A stretch of 64,000 nt of DNA, from positions 66,588,001 to 66,652,000 of the forward strand of contig OZ076411.1 of the NCBI GenBank assembly GCA_964187785.1. Reading direction: 5' to 3'. Below, piece after piece: positions 13,001 to 22,792 of this stretch. The notes under the pieces are model-generated. The model made no database searches and was not told the origin of the DNA. It saw nothing but the letters and a program-made list of their open reading frames with translations. A program made the translations under genes and the position numbers. The stretch is from Amphiscolops sp. MND2022. Taxonomy: Eukaryota. The first letter of the stretch is position 1. The number at the start of each line of letters is the position of its first letter.

Positions 13001-13407
13001 GCTACTTCTTATCACAGAGCGTTCTAATCTATTTTCATCTATTGAAAACAAGCACGAGCAAAATTTGAACTTTCAGGTTATTTTTCAACGTCTTGTATCT
13101 TTAACTGGCACAACTTGGAGGGATTTGCTAACAATATCTTGCAACATCTTGATGCATAACGTATGATTTTGAAAGAAAATCCTGATTCCTTCAATCAGTT
13201 TGTTGCTAAATGTAAAAAAAAACTTGCAAGATTTTTACACAAAATGAATCGCGGTACGATTAAAGTTTTTCATAAAATGATAAAACTTTACAAAAAGTGA
13301 AACTAACGTAAGGGTTCGCTGCTGTTGCATGGGCTAGGGGGAAGCACCTGGGTGGATTCTAGGGAGAGGTTAGCAGGTACTATTTGTTCAGCTTGCTGGA
13401 TGTTCAT
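10036..13407 (-). CDS. Candidate spliced gene for a single-pass membrane protein, or the N-terminus of a larger multi-pass protein
   Basis: Exons 13407-13308 (ATG, gttagt donor) and 11185-11077 (tttcag acceptor, gtcagt donor) join in phase: MNIQQAEQIVPANLSLESTQVLPPSPCNSSEPLHHRTVSDIPLANRILPITGIILFLALVLAIFDLLRK. A possible third exon 10078-10036 adds RSPTYQHGNSAFQT*. Confidence 0.55.
11360..11986 (+). mobile_element. 3' remnant of an LTR retrotransposon: integrase tail, 3' UTR, polypurine tract (PPT) and LTR (about 11782-11986)
   Basis: Plus frame SARVTKKPDRWGNNVMISKIEQ resembles the integrase-tail RxxRxxKxPDRY motif. It is followed by the purine tract agagaggggag and a TG...ataaCA segment. 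Confidence 0.6.
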
Positions 13408-14613
13408 CCGTCCCGGTTCAATTGTTATATGGCTTTTAAAATAGCTTCTTACTTACAAAACTGACGGCGCTTGTTTCAGATCATAAACTCTTTTCACCTG
13501 TTCGTCATTTTGATGTTAACATGCAATTTCTGGTAGAGTTGAAAGTGATTGAATCTGCGGGAGAACATTGAGACAAAATCGTTCAAACTAACAATTATCT
13601 CATCACCTTCAAAAACCGATTGAGGCCAAAAAATTGTTCCATCAAATCATCAAATTGTTTAATTTCTTGTCAAGTTTTAAAAGAGCAGAAGACACTTCAT
13701 TGTATGCTTTACTTTGATGAATAAAAAACAAGCTAACTAGCATGATTCGCTGTCCTGTTTATAATAAGTTCATTCGTTTCGACCGAGCTAGTTTTGCATC
13801 GAAGAGTTCGAATAACTTTTTACGAGGCATTGGTTTGTTAGTTTTGCGACGCTCTCTGACAAAGTAACTAAACTTTCACTTCTCAAAAAATTAACTTTAT
13901 CGGCTGGAGGCTCTCCAAAATGCAATGAGTGTGATACTTAAGAACAAATGAGTTCACTTCAGTAGTTTCATACACAAAACTTGCGGAGTTTTGAATGTAA
14001 GAAAAATCAGATCTGTTTTTCAAACGACCGTATGCAGACAAGCAACAGTCTAGTCGAAACATTCATTTCATCATAATTGCCAATGTTGACCCAACATGCT
14101 CACCATAACATGATCATAGGTTTTTCATGATCATGATCAAGCGTTGTCATGAGAGGACCTTACCATTGCGACCATGTTTCAAGGTATTATCAAACTACGA
14201 TTATCATGTTTCATAACATGAGTATAGTATCAGGAACAATGAAATGTAGATAACAAACCGCAAACAGCCCGAGTCGGCGCCCCCCTCAAGTTTGATAAAA
14301 CCAAGTTCCTTAAATTTGCAAAGAATACTTTTGTTAATTTTCATCAACTTTACAGTGCCGAAAAATACCTGAAAGGATGCACATAAGACTCGAAAACCAC
14401 TTTTTCCCCACTTGGAAACAACAACAAACCCATTCTTGAAAATTATTTTTCTTTTCGAAAAACTTTTCTTTTCAGAAAAAGCCATAGTGCCGAAAATGGA
14501 GCTCGCAAGACGCTTTTTTTATCAAGCCAAAAACATTTATGAAAGCGAAACTTTGACCAAACAAGAAAAAGCCGCACAATGCCGAAAATACCGTCGGTCT
14601 ATTCCATAATCAT

Positions 14614-15889
14614 TGAGAAAACCCTCATCAGTTCAGTTCCACAGGACCAAAAAATAATCAATGAGGTTCTTGTATTTCTAACTAATTCTATGAAAGAACA
14701 AGTTTTGTAAAATAGTATCTTTAACTCAAGTGTAGTATAAGGCTTTTTCAACCATAAAACACACCAGTTCTATATCGAATGTTTATGTTTGGAAACACTA
14801 GGTATGTCTGCAATCGAAACTCGTAGAGGTTAAATGTTTTTGATTGACGGATGAACCGTATAACATTCCCCCTTCTCTCTCCGGGGTTCTTCTAGACGCT
14901 GGATGAGGGGCCGGGTTGCATTGTGTTGTCCGGCAGAAAGTCTTGTGGCTTTTGTACACGTCCTGGTAGTGGTTGAGGTGTACTTTTTGTTCGGCTCCAT
15001 GGTTGGCCTGTAACATAAACTTGTTGGCCTGTCATATCCAAAAATTTCCTCTGTAAGGTATACTACCGTACCTATTCGGTTTGTTAGTATCTCGGTTTGA
15101 CCGTCTATTTTTATTTTCAGAATTCTCACCCTGAGGCATTTCTCCATCTGTATGTATTTGTATTACGTCGTTTTCGGGATCTGTCGTATCGGCGCATACC
15201 GTCTATCTCTGTGCGATGTGTCGTATGTTTTCCCGACTTCTTCCGTCATTTCTTCTTCATCATCATCCTCGTCGACTTCGTCTTCCGTCTCAGGCTCGGA
15301 TTGTTTTTTGTTTTGTACTATTTGCAGTTTTCTATTTAGGATGTCCCTCAGGATTTCATCCCATTTCCCGTATTTGCCGTTGAGTCCTCGTAGGCAACGT
15401 CAGTTTTTTGTGTAATTTCGGAAGAAACTGTAGGTGCCGACTCTTTTCGGTGTCTCCTCTCGTTCTGAAATAATGGGCAATAATATTTCAGTGTATACTT
15501 TTCCCCGTATCTGTTTATACGGTGTTCTCAGTTCCGCTTATTGCGGTTTGTATTTTTGATTGAAATCTTCCTTCTAAAGGTTTTCGGTGGTGTCTTTTTT
15601 CTACAAATTTAAATGGATACTTAACCGGGTGCTTTTCTTTGTTGATTTTGAATCCGAAGCCAATTGCCGTTCTTCGGTTTTTGTTCGGGCCATCACAATG
15701 TGATTGGTGATTTCCCCGTTAGCGTCTCGTCCGACATATATCGGTATCTTGGGTCGACTTGGAGCTAAAATAGACTATTCTGACCAATCTGACAGAAAAT
15801 TTTTCATTTTATTAGTTAGTTCCGTTCTCGTTTTTCTACCGTGATGTAATTCAACTGCTGTTTTTAGTCCCGTGTGTATTGTGAATCGC
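14614..15889 (-). mobile_element. Gypsy element, 3' half (integrase C-terminus, PPT 14866-14881, probable 3' LTR 14614-14865), separated from its 5' half by the 16.85-kb insertion
   Basis: The minus strand from 15887 reads RFTIHTGLKTAVELHHGRKTRTELTN, continuing the integrase broken at 32744. PPT gagagagaagggggaa precedes tgttatacgg. The LTR left edge is tentative. Confidence 0.8.
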
Positions 15890-15911
15890 CATTACAGTGC
15901 CAAAAGTGGGT
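15890..15911 (+). repeat. Left TIR
   Basis: cattacagtgccaaaagtgggt, exact reverse complement of 32720-32741. Confidence 0.95.
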
Positions 15912-15949
15912 AATTTGAATTTTTGCAGCGGATTTCTCTGGACGGCAGT

Positions 15950-16240
15950 TTTGGAAAGCGTGCAGCGTAATCCACTAACAAATGCTATTACGTTGCAGTC
16001 GATTCCACTCTTTTGGCGATTTTTCTGCAGCGAATTACGCTGCAAAGCATTAGATTCCACTATCAAATACCTTAAACATTCGGATCTCGCAGTGGATTCC
16101 AATAAACACTGCCGTGGATTCCACTGAACGCTGCAGTGGACTCCACCGATGGCCGCAGTGGACTCCGCCGATTTCCGCAGAGGAATCCACTATCGGCTGC
16201 AGTGGACTCCACTGCAGTGTTTTGGTGGAATTCAGTGAAT
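15950..16240. repeat. Left subterminal array of GTGGA(A/T/C)TCCAC palindromes
   Basis: About 8 copies, for example ccgtggattccactg, gcagtggactccaccg and gcagtggactccactgcag. Confidence 0.9.
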
Positions 16241-17014
16241 TGTTTCACTGAATTATTTCATTGAATTATTTCAATACCAACCTACAAAAACTATCAACCA
16301 TCGAAAAAAAAGTGGAGTTCATGTAGTTCCGTGCCTGAAAGTTCTTCCTTCACGAGTTCAGTTTTGAGAATGAGAAATTTTTTCAGAATCAGCAGGTGTC
16401 ACAAAAAGAAGGATTCAGAATTTCGTCATTCGGCAAACCATTCCCAGTGAGTTTTTACCGCAATCAAGCACCGTTTTAACGCTTTTGTTTAACTGTTATT
16501 TTTTCATACATTGATTGAATCATAGTGGGCATCAAAATTTCACACACAATTCATGCTAGTTACCTAGATATACACACATACCTTTAGGTATAACTAGCTT
16601 TTATTTTTCATTTACCTCATGGTGAATACTAAAGTTTGGTTCCGGAAAACTCACTTTAGGCATACTGCTGACTGCAACGGAGACCTTATCAATTCTACAT
16701 CAAATTTCACACACACCTCTTTCGTGTATTTTAGGTACAACTAGTTTCCACTTTTCAAGTACCTCAGGGCGGAATCCAAAATTTCAAATTGAAATACAAG
16801 CCGAAAGATGAATGGAAATCTAAATTCAGGTGAAGAAGACGTTGCAAGGGAAAATGTTATTCACGGTGTTTTGTTTCGATATTACGAAAAACAAATATTT
16901 GTACTTGTAGCAATCAGTGTTACAAAATGCAAGTGAAATTAAAACGAAAGTAGTGAAAAATCGAATACACAACAACGGAAAGTGTTTTGTAAACGGAGTT
17001 TTCTGACGATTCCA

Positions 17015-17948
17015 TCAGTCAAATATCGGTTGAGAATCTTCCTGGAAAAGTTGATTGGCAATGGGGTCATTGTAATCAAAACGGAGCTGCTCAAATGGTA
17101 GAATATCACGTGTAGCTCGGAACACTACAATCGTTTTGCCATTTTGGAACAATTCGATCACTGTGGGCTTCATGTTGGCGCCGTTTGATTTCAACTGCGA
17201 GTGGTTGGCAAGGCGAACAGGGCAGCGAATATTTGTGTGAAGGGGGCAAACTCTTTGGAGGCATCAATAATTCTTCTAGAGGCGCCTCTTTTAACCTCCA
17301 GAACGAACTCTTGCTCCACACCTTCTTTCTCGAGGACTTGGCTCAATGACATGTTCAAATACACCTCGCCATGGTAATCCATTAAAATGTCGTCCTTTGA
17401 AAATTTCTGTATGGCAATCACACATCTCCCAAATTTTGACATTTTGGCTAAACAGATTCCAGGCCACAGCTGCGTCTCACATCGCTGCGACAACCAAATT
17501 TTTCTTCATATGGCAAATTATGAGCAAATCGAGCATACCGAATTCCACTGCTCCCAGGTACCTGCGAGGATTTCCTATTTGACTGGTTGTTAGAGAGAAT
17601 CAATATCTGCGCTGTCATATTTTTCACGTCCTGGTTCGTATCCTCCAGCGAAGTCCACTTTTGTCGCTGAAAAAATGCCGCCACTCTTGACTCAAAATAG
17701 TTAATAGCAACTTTCGCAGAAACTTGTTCAAAGTAGAGCAAGGACCTGGCTGACTGGCGAGTGTACCTTTGCTGGTCTTGGCGGGCGCAAACAGCGTTTC
17801 TCACATCGTCTTTGTCGAAACCTTCAACATTCGAAAGAACCAAATTCATTGCATGTTTCAGCTTGGCGATTTTGAAGCATGGGTCATTGGAAAGGGGCAT
17901 CAGTTCCGCGACTTTACCTTTCAATATATATTGATCTTTTGCGGTCAT
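17015..17948 (-). CDS. SET-domain lysine methyltransferase (SETD8/PR-Set7-like signature), about 310 aa after two single-base frame corrections
   Basis: KFGRCVIAIQKFSKDDILMDYHG...IIDAS...RLANHS...VVFRATRDILPFEQLRFDYND. The frameshifts sit in short homopolymers (17499-17503 and 17248-17250). No introns seen. Confidence 0.88.
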
Positions 17949-19220
17949 TCAGCGTAAGTTAGTCAAGACGGTCTATGCTTCAACGGTGTAGCTGTGTCTA
18001 CGCGCGTAATGGAAAATAGTGTAAACTAGTCAAAGCACGTAGTTAGTGAAAAGTGGAAGTTAGTCCAAAAATTCTCGTTTTCGTAATTCAGTCAAAACTT
18101 TGACTAACTTCCACTTTTTGCAAATTGCAGATCGCTATACTTGCAATAAGTGGAAGTTAGTCGAAGTTTTGACTAACTTACACCATGTTTATATGCATTC
18201 AACACTCAGTGTTCATTTCAATTCCAATTCATACCACAGCATCGTAAACCAGTCAAAGTAAACAATGATTCGATAAATAATTAGTTATCATTACTAAGCT
18301 CTACCGTGCATAGTAGGTATAAACTGCATTCAATGCAAGTTGCACACGTGAACACGTGTGTTTCATCCACGCATTTACGTGCAAATAAAATACCTTGCAG
18401 CTTCTAATTAGTACAATTATAACAATTGATTGATCTGTCAACGGGTTTCCTATTTCAAGAAAATATATTTTCAAAGCAGCCTTCATTAATAGTTGCCTAA
18501 CTAAATTTAATTTTGGTCCCTGTCGTGAGCACGGTCACCGGAATGATTGGATAACTTGTTATTTTGGTCCGGGTATTTTGAGCCAGGGTATTGACAAGGA
18601 TCTATTTAAATCCCTGTCGTGAGCAACATCAAGAAAAGTTGTAACAAATAATCTATACAAAGTTGACACTTTATCAAACCGAAAACAGTAGTTTATGGAA
18701 TACCGATCTTGAATTATTGAACTAAAAACGAAGTTTGGACCATGTGCCTTATCCTCCCTCAGATAAATACTGTTTCTTATCCAACAACATCCCCCCCGTC
18801 CAAGTCTTCCCAAAGAAATGAAAGTAGGTCTCATAAAGAAGGGGCGATTGTTTCATTGAACTTGGTAATTTTGGTCCCTGTCGTGAGCACTTCCATTAGT
18901 AGTCAGATTGACTGTTTATGCGATTTGATACTGTGTATGCGATTCAAGCAGTGTAGTTATGAGTCGGCGTGTGTAGCTCACCAGTAACAACCCGTAATTA
19001 CCAGAAATATGTGTAAATATGAGATGCACAGTGTAGTTAGTCAAATTGCTTAAACTAGTCAATTGGTGTAAACTAGTCAATTACTGTACTATCCAATGGT
19101 GTAAACTAGTCAACGTTCGAAGCTGTGTCAACTAGTGTAACGTCCTATCAATGCGCACAATGTGTGACAAGTGTAAAACTTCAAAAAAAATATTCGCGCT
19201 CTGATTGGACAAAAATTGAA

Positions 19221-20079
19221 CTAGCAGGATCCTGCTAGTTCGTTACCGGGATGTGTATCGTAATGGTGAACTGTTAGTTCCGATGATCCAATTGTGTGTT
19301 CCACACAGAGATTGAAGGCGTCGCTCAGTGAATCTTCTTCGTGATCCATCACGATTTGCACAACTGAGTGTACCGAGACTTTCCGGATGGAATTTTCAAG
19401 CGTAGCTGGTACCGCATAATTGAACAGGGTTGTAGTTATGCATCAAAAGAGTTCCAACTTAGCTTTTTGTACTAGTCCCACATTTTCTTTCGATGCCTGC
19501 ACATGTTTAGCCAACGTTCTTTTGTACATGTTGTTGTCAAAGTAAGTAACTTTCGCACATATCCTCACTGCACTGGGAGTCAAATGGACGCTTCTCGGGT
19601 GGCTCATTGAGCTGGGGTGACACATTGGTCCCGGGCACATTGCTCTGGGGTGGCAAGTTCTGGTGAGGCAGTGAATTCTGTGACGGGGGGTCCTGTTGTA
19701 GTGGGTTCTCAGGCGGCAAAGGAATATGAGTCAGATTGTGAGCATTCTGCAGTAAATGTTCTAGAGCTTCTGTGGGCGTATGTTCAATCAAGTGCTCGAT
19801 CCCATCGGAGTTCATCATTCTAGTTGCACTGAAGAAACCTTCCTCGGGGGCCGATGGAATTGGCGAATAAGCTGGCGGACAAAACATGGATGCATTACTC
19901 AGGAAATCAGGCGGCACATTCCAGTCGGTAGATAGTCGATGTGACTGTTGCACAGGTGTAGAAGTCTGGGATGGACACAAGCGTGTTGATTCGAGATTTG
20001 AAATTTTGTCAGGCATGCTAGAATTATTCATGAACCTAGGAGCACAAATTTTGACAGCGGATTCCGCTGAATGAATCAA
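19221..20079 (-). pseudogene. Cargo ORF of unknown function (Pro/Gln/Ser-rich N-half)
   Basis: ORFs 19537-20079 and 19443-19640 overlap, and the latter frame continues past a TGA to a TAG at 19221-19223 (CITTTLFNYAVPATLENSIRKVSVHSVVQIVMDH...). No domain recognised. Confidence 0.45.
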
Positions 20080-20477
20080 AATTATGATGTAAAAAGAAAT
20101 GACAATTTTGTAATTAATTTTTTTGATAAAGCGTCGTTTTCCTGATTAGCAGAGACTCGATTTCACCTATTGCACTTCACAGTGACAAAATTAATAATTT
20201 CAACCAGTAAGTGTTATCAAGTTTATTACGGTGGTTGAGTCCTTCCGGGACTCAAATGCCTGTTCAAATATATTAACACTCACGAGATGAGTTTAAAAAC
20301 TAAATGCTAGTAATATTTTCCTTTTATTGATCACTCAAAATGGAATGAAACCTTCTTTTAGGATCATCACCGTAAAATTAGCCTCTTTTTCGCGCAGTTT
20401 TTGTGTTGACACCTGGTAATCACTTTGCACAAACTTGAACAGTTTGTGCTCAAAGGAAGCTCAAGTGTTTCTTTCTG

Positions 20478-21727
20478 TTGAAGTCAACTTTAAACTCCAC
20501 TACAATGCTTCTGCAAACTTTTAAAATATATGAAATAGTCCAAATCCTCGACCCTGAAACCTATATTCGGGAGTCTGCAAAAATAATAGCGTTCATAAGT
20601 GATTGGTCTCTGAAAATCCAATGGATCGACTGGAACAATCGTCTGCAGAAAATTGAAATTCCCCTCGAATTGCGTCTTGACCCAAACAGGTGGAACATTA
20701 GAAAAGCACGACATTCGCAACCAGTCAGGTCGAAAAAGCGTTCTTAACCCCTGTCGTATAACCCAAACCGACTGCAAAAAACGAGCCTGTGACATTCTGG
20801 CTACCCCATGGTGAGTGTGAGGGGCATTGATTTATTGATTCCCATGGAAAATTCAAAACGGGAACTATTTCGACGAATGACCCATCTACCCATGAGTGTG
20901 TCGTGTTTACATTTATCCCCTATTGCTATTTGAAGAACTCTCAGTGGAAGACACCCATGTTCACGATGAGAAAGCAGAAGACGACGAGGAAGCTGAAGAG
21001 ACGAGGCAGCAACATCGGGAAGAACCAAAACAGAAAAGACCTAAAACACAAATACCAGAAATAGACTTTTCAACATTGATACCGCAAACCGATGTTGATG
21101 TCAAATTAAGCTATGTACCTCGTGTCAATGGTATTTGTCGAAAAGGATCCATTATTACTTTGTCTGGAATAGAGTTCAAAGTGGAGGATTTGTACTACAG
21201 TGCACAGAAGTTGAAACAATTTGCAATAATGGTATCCATGGACGACGAAGACTGCGAACTTAGGATGCCAGTAAACAATTGTTCGTTAAAGACCTCGGAC
21301 TATTTAAAAAAACGTGGAAATCAAAATTTTCGCTCTTGATAATGATGTTGATAGAACGTTTGCAGTCTTTTCTGCAAATAAGAGATGTGTTGGTTTGTCG
21401 TTCAAGAAATCATCAACTGTGACAAACATGATACCTGCAACAGAGCTCACAAAACGTGTCTGTGGGTTCAAGTCGGACTCAAGCAGAGAAAACGTGAAAA
21501 TTTCAATAGAAGTTGAAACGGGAAACTTGGGAGGCTACAACAGCTTAGATTTTATATTGGGCCAGAACTGGGACATCATACCAGATACGCTTGAAGATGA
21601 GCCTGCAACATTGATCAAGACATTGAAATTGACGGAACATCGCGACTTTATGATGTTCTCACTCAGGTGCCACATAACTACAACTGAAGGCCACTACAAA
21701 AAATGGAGACTATCGACAAAGCTTTAG
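20478..21727 (+). pseudogene. Cargo ORF with an N-terminal Tudor/chromo-barrel-like domain and an acidic/basic linker, frameshifted
   Basis: FKIYEIVQILDPETYIRESAKIIAFISDWSLKIQWIDW resembles a Royal-family barrel. ORFs 20478-20747, 20896-21339 and 21314-21727 are collinear, and the last two join by removing one A from the A7 run near 21306-21312. Confidence 0.5.
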
Positions 21728-22125
21728 GCAAAACATTCAACATGCTTATTGAATACTTTGTTGACCAATAGGGGTAGCAATTTTGGTATCCACCGTGAGT
21801 AAATGTGCAAATACATCTTCAAAAAACGTCTGTTTTGTTACCCTAAACAAACTGAATGGTATTTTTGTTGGTATTGCACTGATAAAGTTCTTTTTCTTAA
21901 TTCGATTGTTACAGTAATATTGTCCTTGTTACAATAAATGATGTCAAAAAACTTCTTTCATTTGCGACTACTTTCTTGAAAAACTCTCCGCAGAAGATAA
22001 TTTCAAATTATTAATCAGAACTGCTCCCGATATGTAATAATGCTTTGTTACTTTGGTTTTTGCACATGCAAATTTTTGGTACAAACGTTCTACTAAACCT
22101 ACTAAATGCATCTAGCCAGAAACAG

Positions 22126-22400
22126 TAAGTGGATTTCACTAACGTATACCACTACATTGACAGTGGATTCCACAAACAATTTCTTAAACGTTTGCAAACC
22201 AATCCAAAAGGGGTACATTCAGTTAATTATTAGTTCTAAATAGACTCAAGTTTCTATTGTAGTGGATTCCACTATTCTGGAAAAAATTCTTCATCCTGCA
22301 AAAAGCGATATGCGGAATCGACAGACGTATTTCAATACACTAAAAGTGAGTTCCACAAACAAATGCTCGAACATTTGCAAACCAATATAAAAGAGTAAAT
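22126..22400. repeat. Internal repeat with GTGGATTCCAC motifs; inverted, rearranged partner at about 26400-26660
   Basis: The reverse complement of about 22150-22260 matches about 26408-26530, and that of about 22255-22320 matches about 26530-26600. Confidence 0.85.
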
Positions 22401-22792
22401 TCTAATCTAAATTCTGTTCAATTCTAAACTAAAGAGTTTGATAAAAAACAATAAACTATAAAAGTTTGCTCAGGCAGCTTGTTTGTTCACCATAGTGAAT
22501 TTTTCTCGAGGCTTTTTTTTGCAATGTAGGCTCGTTGCGAAGGCCAGATGGTAGAGAGCAATTTTCTTGCTCAAAAATATTTCGAAAGTGTCGCGGCTTG
22601 CAATGAGAGGCGGCAGGGTGTCTAAACAGATCATAATGATGGGATTTGTGATTTTTTTTCAACAGAGTCAATTTCAAGGTTTTCCGATAGACTAGTGGTC
22701 AAATATCTATGTAAAGTTTAACATCAAGACTTTGAAAACTATGACATCCACAATTGCGGCTCCTAACCTATATCGAAGACGTCCTTCTCTTT

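Noticed and set aside
15890-15911. TIR as a V(D)J recombination signal (tacagtg resembles the heptamer CACAGTG)
   Set aside because: The match is 6 of 7, starts 3 bases inside the terminus rather than at it, and has no nonamer at 12 or 23 bp spacing. The resemblance may be chance.
15950-16240. CRISPR-like array (spaced palindromic repeats)
   Set aside because: The context is eukaryotic, the repeats are only about 11 bp, the spacers are about 10 bp and related to each other, and there are no cas genes. They are explained as subterminal repeats.
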